Positions 53,127 to 61,443 of a stretch of 64,000 nucleotides of DNA are shown in pieces. Source of the DNA: a virus; the IMG/VR virus record IMGVR_UViG_3300045988_158973, positions 1-64,000 of that record; one strand, written 5' to 3'. The notes under the pieces were generated by a model. It ran no database searches, was not told where the DNA came from, and worked only from the letters and a program-made list of their open reading frames with translations. A program made the translations under genes and the position numbers. How positions within the stretch are numbered: the first letter of the stretch is position 1; each line of letters opens with the position of its first letter.

Positions 53127-53938
53127 TTCTTGTATCCTTTTAAGTGTATTTTGACTTCGATCATTTCACGATCCTTCATTTCGCCACCCCAGTTGGTGCA
53201 CCGCTTGGTACGAAGGGTGATATACTCGGGGAACGCTTCTCTTAAACGTTGTGACTCGGCATTGGAGTTCTCGATAGTTCGATACACGGAGCAACCGCCA
53301 GCGGCGTTGGCTCCTGTCATTTTATCGAACGAATACTGGTACGAAACCACGTTATCCAATCCCGCACGGCGTAAGCCACACGCCACCGCAAAATCTTCCT
53401 TGATGGGCCACTCGCTGAATCTCACAGGCTGGCTCAGATACTGCTCGATGTTCAGCCCCCAAATGGAGAAGAACCGCCCGTTGATCTGTACGTCGTGTTC
53501 CTTATCGCGGTTGAAAGGACGGTACGAAAGCGCCGCCACGGCATAGGTGTCCAGCTGTTCAGCCACCCAGTCGAACATCATCGAGTAGATATATTCTTGA
53601 GCCTCGACGGTGAAATTGTCGTTGTTTATGACTACAGGGGTCTTGGCATCGTCTAAACGTAGCGAGAAAGACACGTTATCGTCTAAAAAGAAGACTCCGC
53701 CAAATCCCCGATTTTGGGCCTCTACAACAATGTAGTCGCGTATATCCCCCACGCCGCGACACGCCGTGCTGTATTCCTCGATGCCGCCAACCTTACCGCC
53801 CCAGTTACGGCGATGAACCGCCAATTCGCCGGGGTGACAGAATACGGTCACGCGCCGACGCGCTTCAGGAGTGAGACGTTGAAGGGTTTTCTGACGGTCA
53901 ACACGACCACGAGTGAATAGTGCTATCAGAGTTTTCAT
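53123..53938 (-). CDS. GT-A-like glycosyltransferase, copy 2 (271 aa)
   Basis: IALFTRGRVDRQKT, DxD-type VFFLDDNVSF, and C-terminal AAGGCSVYRT...AFPEY. Paralogue of 34918..35727. 4-nt overlap with the dUTPase gene. Confidence 0.5.
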   Translation of the reverse strand: MKTLIALFTRGRVDRQKTLQRLTPEARRRVTVFCHPGELAVHRRNWGGKVGGIEEYSTACRGVGDIRDYIVVEAQNRGFGGVFFLDDNVSFSLRLDDAKTPVVINNDNFTVEAQEYIYSMMFDWVAEQLDTYAVAALSYRPFNRDKEHDVQINGRFFSIWGLNIEQYLSQPVRFSEWPIKEDFAVACGLRRAGLDNVVSYQYSFDKMTGANAAGGCSVYRTIENSNAESQRLREAFPEYITLRTKRCTNWGGEMKDREMIEVKIHLKGYKK

Positions 53939-53957
53939 ATCACTTAAAACGATGGCG

Positions 53958-56675
53958 CTAACCTAACATATCAAACTTAAAGCCCGTAGTCATACGCGAA
54001 GCAGCCAAGTCGGCCAACCAGAACGACGACGAAATATCGTCGTGACTGCCCACGCTCTCCAATCCTTTTTCGGTGAAAGCCACTGAACCGAGGTCTTGGA
54101 AAATGAGGTCCTTGACCTGTTGTGAGTATACGTTACCCACGGGGATATGTATCTTACCGCGTTCAAAGAGCGTCGAAAGGTGCGGCCAACCAGTTTTCAG
54201 GTCGTATTTATCAATACCCGTAGTGTGGCCGATAACAGGCATACCTTCAGTGTCGGCGGCTTCAACGAATATCTGTTGGAAGGTGTTATTCTCCATCACG
54301 ATCAGATCTGGACGGAAACGGGAATTGATACGGCGCAGAACGTTCATCTGCTCGAAGAACTTCACGCCCTTTTCACGGTACAGGTGTAACAGCCAACGCT
54401 CGTCAGTCAATTCGTCAATTCCCCACACGCTGAATACGGCGTAGTCGGCGCCGACGTTGGCTGAAATGGCGAAGTCGCACCCAACGACCACCTTGGAGAA
54501 TTTAACAGGGAACTCTTCACGTGAATCCACCAACGTGTAGTTCTCCATTCGTAGCAACGCGCGTGTAAGAATTTCCATCGGGAATATAGACGACTCGTTA
54601 GTGATCGGGCGGCAAAGGTTCTCGCGCGAGAAGATGATCGATCCTTGGGTCTCCTTTTTGTCCATCAGGTCCTTAAACGACCACCGTTGAGGCCAAAGAA
54701 TTCGTCCGTCAGGGAAGATAGCTGGGTATTCAATCACAAACCAGCCGTTCTTCGTCTTCAAGTCGCCGTAAAGGTCTTCGGCGTGGAACGGCGTACCAAC
54801 AACGATAATCTGGCCGCCGGGGACGAGCATATTCATAATCACCGAGTGGAAATAGTCGGTGGACTTATTTCGTTGGAGACTGGAGTAGATGACGTTGTCC
54901 TTCAGGCCGTCGTCAACGATAATCCAGTACGGGTGAGCACCGCGCACCGACGATCCAAAGCCCTTACCCGTCAAACGCGCTCCGTTGCGGCACACGATAT
55001 TGGTAGCTGACCAGTTGTTGGCCGTTGACTGGGGGAACAGCCGCTCTTTCAGAATCTCGTTTTCTTCGATGGTTCCTTTCAGAATCTCCAAAAGGTCAAC
55101 GCTCTGCTGTAGCGAGAACGAAAATAAGAATCCGCGGTTTGACGACGCCACGGTTGGACGCTTTGAATAACGAGTTGTTGAGGGACGTTTGTAACGGTAT
55201 AGCTGCCACGCGGCGTAGGCGTTGGAGAAATAGAACGAGTTGTGAGTCACCGTACCATCACCCAACACGAAGCGGTGGTCGCCGTCGGTGGTGATAGACA
55301 CATACTCGCCTTCGCCAACGGGCGTAATTTTCAACGACGATACCACGCTGGGGTGTATACCGTTGATCGTGCCCCATTTTTTGTGTGACGTCTTTGAGGC
55401 CCAGTCGGTGACGACTTTCTTACGAGCGATCTTTACCGGAATACGGTCCAGTTCGCCAGAAATAGTCACGACCCACGACGCATAGTCACGACCCAACGCT
55501 TTACAATACCGCGTTCCGCCACCTAATCGTGTACAGAAACCGAGGCTATCAGCCAAATTCTTCACATCACGCGCCAGCTGGTGGTTCGTGTTGCTGAAAT
55601 GATAGCCGCCCTGCCAATAGTTACCGTCGGAGTCTATCAACCCTGCCAACACCTGGAGACGAACGTCTTCGCTGTTGACGAGGTATTGGTCGGGAATGTG
55701 TTTGTTGAAAAGTAGGTTGTAACCCTTTAGCATCCTTTCCAGCGGGTTACGCTTACCGCGTCCACGGGTGTCAATTCCAATCGTCACCGTCATACCCTGC
55801 TCGCCATAGTGAAGTCCTAAACGCTCGGCGTAACCGCGTAAATACTCCGCAACTTCAGGGTCGGCGGTGGTGATCTTTTGGTTGTTGGAATTTCCGTCAC
55901 CTAACCAGTACCCCAAGAAATACGGTTCCAGCCCTACAGGTCGCGCTGGATATTTCACCGCCACCTTGAAGCCGCGATAACGCTCTCTTACCCAGTTTGG
56001 GGCTTTACTCAACAGCGTTGGTATATCAACGTCAACGATTCGTTTACAGCAGCGCTCAACGCTTCCGTCGCGTCCTTTTTCGATTAGCGTACAAATGTGA
56101 CGCGAATTGACGGTGTAGCTATCACCGCGCGACTGGTCGATACGGTACATAATCGAATCATGACCGCGGTGCGTAGCAACCACGCGACGCGGTTTAGAAT
56201 CAACACCCATCAACAGGTCTCCAACGACAACGTCTTCGACCTTTTTGATAGTTCCATCGTACATTCTTACGGGAGTGCCAACGGCTTCGCATTTTCCGTG
56301 GTCACGCGCAGCGTTGATACACAGTTTCTTGTACTGGTGTACCAACTCACCCCACTCCAAGTGGTGCCACGACAGTTGGAAGTCTGGTATTACAGAGGTG
56401 ATGAAATACGTCAAATTGGCGCACCTCAAGGTGTCTTCCACCACGGCAGCGACGTTCTCTTCATAGCGGGGCTTAAAATCGATCGACACGTCGCCAGTAT
56501 ACATAATCCGGTACGTGTCTTCCATCAAGGCGTCGAATATCGTATCAACGTCGTGTATATCGCCGCTCATCATTTCATTCAGACCCCGCTCGTCCATACC
56601 CTCGATAATTTCATCAACGAGGTCCAAACAAGCCAAGCGGTGTGTCACCGAGGGAGCTGTAATTTCAGGCATCAT
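53958..56675 (-). CDS. terL: terminase large subunit, interrupted by an intein (905-aa precursor, ~554-aa mature)
   Basis: Walker A ARDHGK/S is split by the intein. Walker B is YWIIVDDGL. The RNase H-like nuclease motif is VVGCDFAISANVGADYAVFSVWG. Confidence 0.85.
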   Translation of the reverse strand: MMPEITAPSVTHRLACLDLVDEIIEGMDERGLNEMMSGDIHDVDTIFDALMEDTYRIMYTGDVSIDFKPRYEENVAAVVEDTLRCANLTYFITSVIPDFQLSWHHLEWGELVHQYKKLCINAARDHGKCEAVGTPVRMYDGTIKKVEDVVVGDLLMGVDSKPRRVVATHRGHDSIMYRIDQSRGDSYTVNSRHICTLIEKGRDGSVERCCKRIVDVDIPTLLSKAPNWVRERYRGFKVAVKYPARPVGLEPYFLGYWLGDGNSNNQKITTADPEVAEYLRGYAERLGLHYGEQGMTVTIGIDTRGRGKRNPLERMLKGYNLLFNKHIPDQYLVNSEDVRLQVLAGLIDSDGNYWQGGYHFSNTNHQLARDVKNLADSLGFCTRLGGGTRYCKALGRDYASWVVTISGELDRIPVKIARKKVVTDWASKTSHKKWGTINGIHPSVVSSLKITPVGEGEYVSITTDGDHRFVLGDGTVTHNSFYFSNAYAAWQLYRYKRPSTTRYSKRPTVASSNRGFLFSFSLQQSVDLLEILKGTIEENEILKERLFPQSTANNWSATNIVCRNGARLTGKGFGSSVRGAHPYWIIVDDGLKDNVIYSSLQRNKSTDYFHSVIMNMLVPGGQIIVVGTPFHAEDLYGDLKTKNGWFVIEYPAIFPDGRILWPQRWSFKDLMDKKETQGSIIFSRENLCRPITNESSIFPMEILTRALLRMENYTLVDSREEFPVKFSKVVVGCDFAISANVGADYAVFSVWGIDELTDERWLLHLYREKGVKFFEQMNVLRRINSRFRPDLIVMENNTFQQIFVEAADTEGMPVIGHTTGIDKYDLKTGWPHLSTLFERGKIHIPVGNVYSQQVKDLIFQDLGSVAFTEKGLESVGSHDDISSSFWLADLAASRMTTGFKFDMLG
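55239..56291 (-). mobile_element. intein with LAGLIDADG homing endonuclease (351 aa, Cys129..Asn479) in the TerL P-loop
   Basis: Block A CEAVGTPVRMYDG follows HGK directly. The LAGLIDADG motifs are YFLGYWLGDGN and VLAGLIDSDGNY. The C-terminal splice junction is VTHN/S. Confidence 0.85.
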
Positions 56676-56696
56676 ACGTCAAGGCATTTTAATAGC

Positions 56697-56731
56697 AACA
56701 CCCAAAGGGACTGAAAATCCCTCCGGGTGTT
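56697..56731 (-). promoter_or_regulatory. 14-bp hairpin between the putative small and large terminase genes
   Basis: Minus strand reads AACACCCGGAGGGA-TTTTCAG-TCCCTTTGGGTGTT, with two G.U pairs. Possible attenuator or processing site. Confidence 0.35.
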
Positions 56732-56751
56732 ACCGCGTCACACAACAAAAC

Positions 56752-57228
56752 TCATCTCTTCAACTTCAGCGCCGTACTCAAATATCGTTCCATTTCCAGT
56801 GTCTCACGCTCGTATACGTCCTTGGGGTAATCCTTCAGGAGCAGGCTGTTGTAGCTTTCGATGGTGCTGCCCAGCAGGGTGGTCAGCTGCATGATTTTGG
56901 CCTTATGGACCGCTGCGCGGTCATCGGCGTTGAAGGTGAAGCGAAATTTAGTCTTGTTGGTATCGAGAAATGCGACGTAACCGAACGTCGCCAGCGTTTC
57001 GAGTAGGTCCAACGCTTTACGGTGCGACAGCGTTGTCTTTTTAACAACCCCTGTACGAGTGAACTGCCGCTGGGCTATCATCTCGCGCTCCAAGTTGTCG
57101 AGGCCCAAAATACGGAGCAATTCCAACGCTTTAGAAAACGCCAAGCGGCGATTTTCGTCCTGTTCGGTGAACTTCTTTGTCGCTTCTACCTCCTCGGGCG
57201 TTTGAGCGACACGTGTGTTATCTGCCAT
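56752..57228 (-). CDS. possible terminase small subunit / DNA-binding protein (158 aa)
   Basis: Called only from its position immediately upstream of terL and its size. No motif recognised. Confidence 0.3.
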   Translation of the reverse strand: MADNTRVAQTPEEVEATKKFTEQDENRRLAFSKALELLRILGLDNLEREMIAQRQFTRTGVVKKTTLSHRKALDLLETLATFGYVAFLDTNKTKFRFTFNADDRAAVHKAKIMQLTTLLGSTIESYNSLLLKDYPKDVYERETLEMERYLSTALKLKR

Positions 57229-57970
57229 TTTGTTTTACGGTTTCTCGTTTTATAGTTGGAAACAACTCGCCGTGAAAGCGAATCATCGTCCGCTGAAGGT
57301 GAGCAAATATGTCTTCCGGTTGGGTGAATAAATCACGCAGCGGAACGTCGTTAGTGTACACCAAGTCGTCTTCATCAGACAGGCGATATGCCAAGTTGAA
57401 CGTATAGCGGCCGTTGGTAATATCACGCATAATGCCGATAATCTTGACCTCCACCACCTGAACCGGCCCGCAGTCGGCGTGAAGTATATATCGTGAATCA
57501 CCAATATTAGGCAGCAGTTTGCCCTCAAAACGTTTGACATTTCCGTTCTGGTTGACGTCACGCGGGGGGGTTACACGTTTAGGACGACCGTCGGTACGGC
57601 GAGCAGCGTTATACGAGCAAAGGGCTTCATACACCTTTTCAGCCAACTTATCAAGATCAGGAGTCACACAAGCCCGCGACTGATAACGGTAACGCACCCC
57701 TGTTCCAACGCTTTCACGCTCGATGAGTCCGTTTTTCGTCAACACGTCGAAAAGCGGCGGTGTGTATTTCTTGTTGACGCCGTTGGCGGCTAATATGGCG
57801 CTGAATGACGCGCCGGGTTCCCTCACACTTACCCACTTATCGCGGGAACGCTCAAAGATTTCAGCGATTGACGCCTTAATGCCTTTAATGAATTGTTGCT
57901 TGTCCATTTTCGTTATACGGTTTTGTTGTTTGACGTACTGTATAACGTTGGCGGTTGTTACTTGGCGCAC
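57218..57970 (-). CDS. hypothetical protein (250 aa; alternative start at 57907)
   Basis: Intact co-oriented ORF. No motif recognised. Confidence 0.4.
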   Translation of the reverse strand: MRQVTTANVIQYVKQQNRITKMDKQQFIKGIKASIAEIFERSRDKWVSVREPGASFSAILAANGVNKKYTPPLFDVLTKNGLIERESVGTGVRYRYQSRACVTPDLDKLAEKVYEALCSYNAARRTDGRPKRVTPPRDVNQNGNVKRFEGKLLPNIGDSRYILHADCGPVQVVEVKIIGIMRDITNGRYTFNLAYRLSDEDDLVYTNDVPLRDLFTQPEDIFAHLQRTMIRFHGELFPTIKRETVKQNGR

Positions 57971-58626
57971 TTAAATTCGAAGAACTCGTTACCGCGTCGC
58001 CGTGTCTTTTTCTCCGCAGTAGGCAACGCACCGCCCACAGCCCTCAAACGCTGTACGCAGTAGCGGAAGTACCCAGCCGTGGCTTCAACGTCGTTCATCG
58101 CTCCGTGAGCGTCCGTAAGGGTGATTCCTGCGCGTTCACACGCGGCACCCAACGTCATTTTTTCATCACCCGTCAAGCCGTACATCATTTTCGAGAGATA
58201 CATCGTGTCCAGCGTCTGGTCTTGGATGTAGGTGAACAGGCTCTGCTTTTTGGCGTAAGACGAGTAATAGAACGCCGCTTCCAACATCCCGACGTCGAAC
58301 AACACGTTGTGACCAACGCCAACCAAACGCCGCTGGTCCTTATCCTTTACGTCACCGAAGTTCTGGGTACAAAACCGTCCAAATGCCTCAATAAACGCAT
58401 TCAGTTCCATACCGCGATTCACCTCGGCCATATTCACCATCGTTTTCTCGATGGCTGTCTTCGTTATTTGGAGACCATTGTACGGCTTTATGTAGGTCTC
58501 CCAGCGGTCTACCTCTTTCAGGGTATTGAAGTCCAGCACAACGGCTGCAAATTGCGTTATGGGGTTTTCTGAGGGGTCAAGGCCTCCGGTTTCGCAGTCG
58601 AATACCAAATAGTTACTTTTCTTCAT
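57958..58626 (-). CDS. DnaQ-like DEDDh 3'-5' exonuclease (222 aa)
   Basis: Exo I LVFDCETGGL, Exo II VGHNVLFDVGML, Exo III HGAMNDVEA. Confidence 0.8.
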   Translation of the reverse strand: MKKSNYLVFDCETGGLDPSENPITQFAAVVLDFNTLKEVDRWETYIKPYNGLQITKTAIEKTMVNMAEVNRGMELNAFIEAFGRFCTQNFGDVKDKDQRRLVGVGHNVLFDVGMLEAAFYYSSYAKKQSLFTYIQDQTLDTMYLSKMMYGLTGDEKMTLGAACERAGITLTDAHGAMNDVEATAGYFRYCVQRLRAVGGALPTAEKKTRRRGNEFFEFKCAK

Positions 58627-58994
58627 CTTCGTTTTTACTTTACAAAGAAGAGACCGCCGCGGGAGCGCTTACGCAATCGGTTTAATGCCTTCTCCGACGT
58701 GGCGGCGGACATCTTTGATCTCCCGCGGCGGTTATCCGCGTTTCTCTCTTCTAAAAGAAACACCCAAGTTAACAAGAGCAGCGACCTATTGCGGTTCCCC
58801 TTTTGCCGGCCGGGCGTCCACTGGTAGTTAACCTTGGGTGTTAATTTCGTCAGGGAGTTAACGTGTCCCTGATTCTCACACGGTCTTCGGGACGATCCTC
58901 GGAGTTTACTTCAGGTTCATCACCCTGTATCACTCCTCTTTCTGGACGACGATCCAGCGAGTGTTCATTTTGCCGTGCTGCCACTCGTCAGCGC
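58627..58994 (-). ncRNA. candidate structured RNA or leader downstream of the tRNA (no ORF)
   Basis: 368 nt without an ORF. Contains a perfect 13-bp long-range stem (58653-58665 / 58720-58732, extended by 58647-58652 / 58746-58751) and a 15-bp stem (58759-58773 / 58827-58842). Smaller hairpins lie at 58851-58871, 58942-58957 and 58954-58997. Confidence 0.3.
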
Positions 58995-59068
58995 TGGTTG
59001 AGATGGAAGGATTCGAACCTCCAACGCGAGAACCAAAATCTCGTGTGTTACCATTACACCACACCTCA
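58995..59068 (-). tRNA. tRNA-Gln (anticodon UUG), CCA encoded
   Basis: Hand-folded cloverleaf: acceptor TGAGGTG/CATCTCA (U1-A72), D stem GTGT/ACAC, anticodon stem CGAGA/TCTCG, loop TTTTGGT, T arm GGAGG-TTCGAAT-CCTTC, then A-CCA. Confidence 0.85.
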
Positions 59069-59323
59069 AAATGAGGGATCGGACTGCGGCGTCCGTTATA
59101 CTCTATCCCTCGGTTCGAGTCTGTCTCCTCCGCTCCGGCGCTCGCTATGGAGGAAGTCTGCGTTGCTGCCTTGGAGACAATTTGGTTGACCTTTTGGCCC
59201 GTTAGAAACTACAGAACGCCAACTGGAAAAGAACTACACTAACTGCTAAACCTCATTTCGTCACTTGGCATAAGTCGGCGTATCGCTCGTTTCAGGTAGT
59301 ATAACGTTGGCGTGTAAGTAACG

Positions 59324-59358
59324 AAAAATCCGTCAGGGCAAACCACCTCCCCGACGGA
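59324..59358 (-). terminator. rho-independent terminator after the HU-like gene
   Basis: Minus strand reads TCCGTCGGGG-AGGTGGTTTG-CCCTGACGGA followed by TTTTT. Confidence 0.7.
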
Positions 59359-59386
59359 CTGCGAAAGCAAACGTTGTTAGTTTGGG

Positions 59387-59683
59387 TTATTTCTTACCCT
59401 TTTTGGCAGTTTCGCCGTACACCCTGAAGGCGTGAGCCGCGCGGAACTGAACCGTGCGATACGGTTGAGCCTCGGCGATCTGTCCGGTGATGGGATTGCG
59501 TCTTACGTGAGCCGGAACGTCCTTCAGAGCAAACTTACCTACGCCGTTGAGCGTGATGGATTCACCCTTGTCGCGGACCTCCTCGGCAAGCACGACTTCG
59601 AAGGCGCGGACCAGTGCGATGGCCTGAGCCTTGGTGATGCCGGCTTTGTTGGCCAGCACGTTGTAAAAATCTTGCGTTTTCAT
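59387..59683 (-). CDS. HU/IHF-family DNA-binding protein (98 aa from Met at 59683)
   Basis: MKTQDFYNVLANKAGITKAQA...LNGVGKFALKDVPAHVRRNPITGQIAEAQPYRTVQFRAA carries the HU signature arm R.NP.TG. The track ORF start at 59785 adds 34 unlikely residues. Confidence 0.8.
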   Translation of the reverse strand: MKTQDFYNVLANKAGITKAQAIALVRAFEVVLAEEVRDKGESITLNGVGKFALKDVPAHVRRNPITGQIAEAQPYRTVQFRAAHAFRVYGETAKKGKK

Positions 59684-59721
59684 TTTACGATAATTTTGAT
59701 TGTTGATGATTATGGGGTTGT

Positions 59722-60201
59722 TTAGACCTTCGCTAAAACGATAGTGATGCCCAGTTCTACGAGTTGTTGACGTAATGAGTTCCACGCTTCGTCACGCGCT
59801 GCGGCGTTTACCCACCACTCGCTGATGTTATCACCTTCGGAGGCCATCGTGTCGTGGTTGATAACGATACCGAACTCGTACTGCATTGACGAGGAATTAT
59901 AGCGCTCTGCACGCTCTAACGAACGCACGGCGTACCACGGGACCACTGCGTCGCCTAACTCGATGAAAATGCCGTTCAAGCGCTTTTTCTGGGTAAAGGA
60001 TTCAGCCTGAGCCAAAAAGTCACTCAACGACAGATCGTAATCCACGCCATCGTCGGCGTTACGCTGGGCGTCGTAGGGGCGGGATTTTTCAGCCGCTGGT
60101 TTATCGCCAAACAGCGGTAGACCGTTGGCACCGCGGGGTATCTTATGAGCCTTGGAAGGCTGCTGTTGTTCGTCAATCTTTGACGTGTGGACCTTTACCA
60201 T
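59722..60201 (-). CDS. hypothetical protein (159 aa)
   Basis: Intact co-oriented ORF. Confidence 0.4.
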   Translation of the reverse strand: MVKVHTSKIDEQQQPSKAHKIPRGANGLPLFGDKPAAEKSRPYDAQRNADDGVDYDLSLSDFLAQAESFTQKKRLNGIFIELGDAVVPWYAVRSLERAERYNSSSMQYEFGIVINHDTMASEGDNISEWWVNAAARDEAWNSLRQQLVELGITIVLAKV

Positions 60202-60538
60202 CGTGTTTCACCATTTTGATGTACCCAGCCTTGGTCAGTTTGCGTATAGCGTTACGGTGATTCAAGGCTTGTAAATAAACGCAATCGGGGTTGTACTGAA
60301 CCTTCACTGCTCGACGCTGACGTGGGGCGCCAGTGGTGACGTCTAATTCCAACGTGGTTTCAGTACCAATCTCGCGACATTCTCCGGTCTTATAGTTGAA
60401 CTCATATAACCACATACCCGGTAGCCGAATGGCTGATCCAAGATAACGCTGCTCTTGCTTTTGGCGTTCTAACTGCTCGGTGCGAGTACGTTCGGTGTCA
60501 CGGCCTAAAACGGGGACAACGTGGAAGAATTCGCTCAT
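60173..60538 (-). CDS. hypothetical protein (121 aa)
   Basis: Intact co-oriented ORF with a 4-nt overlap to the upstream gene. Confidence 0.4.
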   Translation of the reverse strand: MSEFFHVVPVLGRDTERTRTEQLERQKQEQRYLGSAIRLPGMWLYEFNYKTGECREIGTETTLELDVTTGAPRQRRAVKVQYNPDCVYLQALNHRNAIRKLTKAGYIKMVKHDGKGPHVKD

Positions 60539-61080
60539 AACACATCAAGATTTTGGAGTCCTTGTGCCACGCCTTTCAACACTTCAGCCGTGAAGCGATG
60601 AATCAACGGCGTGTAAGTACCGTGTTGGCGCCAATAGGGAATTTCGCCTTCAACACCAACGTTGGCGATACGGCGTTTCTTCAACTGGAACCACAGCCAA
60701 CACTCTTCGTCGCCAGTCACCTTCACGTCCAGCAGGTATACCCAACCACCAAAGCATATTCTGGCGTCGTGGTTTGAAAGCACTTTGGCGCGTGAGGCCG
60801 TGATTTCGAGTTGAAGTTTCAAGCCCTCAACGGTGACGGTAAGGGTTCGCAGGTGTAGTTCATTGGCGTCACCCCAGTTGGCGTGAATTACTTCTGCTGG
60901 CGAAGGAAGGTTAATCACCGCTGTGGCGTAAACGTCTTGGTGAATTAAAGGCGCCAAGTCTTCGTCGTCGCGTAATTCAGGCATCCGTCGATGTAGTTCA
61001 TGTGTCACCGCTGTGCCAATAGCATCAGCCACACGGTCGGCGTAAAGCCATTCAACGAAGCGTTGGAAATATCGTTTCAT
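60535..61080 (-). CDS. hypothetical protein (181 aa)
   Basis: Intact co-oriented ORF. First gene after the unusual intergenic region. Confidence 0.4.
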   Translation of the reverse strand: MKRYFQRFVEWLYADRVADAIGTAVTHELHRRMPELRDDEDLAPLIHQDVYATAVINLPSPAEVIHANWGDANELHLRTLTVTVEGLKLQLEITASRAKVLSNHDARICFGGWVYLLDVKVTGDEECWLWFQLKKRRIANVGVEGEIPYWRQHGTYTPLIHRFTAEVLKGVAQGLQNLDVL

Positions 61081-61149
61081 TCTGGAGTGTTGTTTGTTTA
61101 CGGAGTGAATAACGTTGGCTGTGAATAACGATTGCTGTTGGCGTGTTGG

Positions 61150-61258
61150 TCACGCGCGTATAGGCGCACGCGGGGTGGTACACACGTGTTCTCGCTGGGA
61201 TGTGTGTCGCGTATGCGTATGAGCGTGCGTAAGCACGTGAGCGCACATACGTGCGCGA
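61150..61258. repeat. ~110-bp alternating purine-pyrimidine (CG/CA/TG-rich) tract with nested palindromes
   Basis: CACGCGCGTATAGGCGCACGCG...ACACACGTGT...GTGTGTCGCGTATGCGTATGAGCGTGCGTAAGCACGTGAGCGCACATACGTGCGCG. Includes the palindrome GCGCAC-ATAC-GTGCGC and two CACGTG sites. Confidence 0.7.
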
Positions 61259-61327
61259 GGAGAGACGAAGTCTCTCGAAAGTATAAACACCAGTGTCTTT
61301 TGGTGTTTATACCGGAAAAGCGGAGAA

Positions 61328-61394
61328 GGGGGATTATAGGGGGTTAAGGAGTAAAGGGGGTGAGGGGGAAGAGAACCATCGGGGGAAAAGGGGG
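61328..61394 (+). repeat. six G5 runs in a 67-nt polypurine stretch (three G5-N3-6-G5 pairs)
   Basis: G5 runs start at 61328, 61339, 61356, 61364, 61381 and 61390 (AAGGGGGATTATAGGGGG / AAGGGGGTGAGGGGG / TCGGGGGAAAAGGGGG). Confidence 0.8.
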
Positions 61395-61413
61395 AGGAGG
61401 CTGCCAACAGAAA

Positions 61414-61443
61414 AGCCGCCAAGGACCTAAATCCAAGGCGGCT
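61414..61443 (-). terminator. hairpin terminator after gene 61468..62454
   Basis: Minus strand reads AGCCGCC-TTGGA-TTTAGG-TCCTT-GGCGGCT followed by TTTCTGTT. The stem has an internal loop. Confidence 0.5.

Noticed and set aside
58984-58991. Hammerhead-ribozyme-like CUGACGAG on the minus strand, just 3' of the tRNA
   Set aside because: A stem II-like helix can be drawn (GAGUG...CACUC), but the obligatory GAAA core and a stem III/cleavage site do not follow. The sequence is better explained as one arm of the 58954-58997 hairpin.
59112-59121. GGTTCGAGTC, a T-loop-like sequence suggesting a second (plus-strand) tRNA
   Set aside because: The flanking 5-mers (CTCGG / CTGTC) are not complementary, and I could not build an acceptor or anticodon arm on either strand.
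58863-59189. 108-aa plus-strand ORF across the non-coding locus
   Set aside because: It runs antisense through the tRNA-Gln gene and the structured region. It is Ser/Arg/Leu-rich with no coding signature.
61328-61394. CRISPR array or other spacer-repeat structure
   Set aside because: The only repetition is short G5 runs with 3-12 nt spacers. There are no 25-40 nt direct repeats and no cas genes anywhere in the window.
61052-61422. Small ORFs inside the unusual intergenic region (61052..61246 -, 61150..61422 -, 61132..61347 +)
   Set aside because: Their translations are low-complexity (RAYARSYAYATH..., PLYSLTPYNPPSPLF...) and simply reflect the alternating Pu-Py tract and G5/C5 runs. They also overlap one another in different frames.
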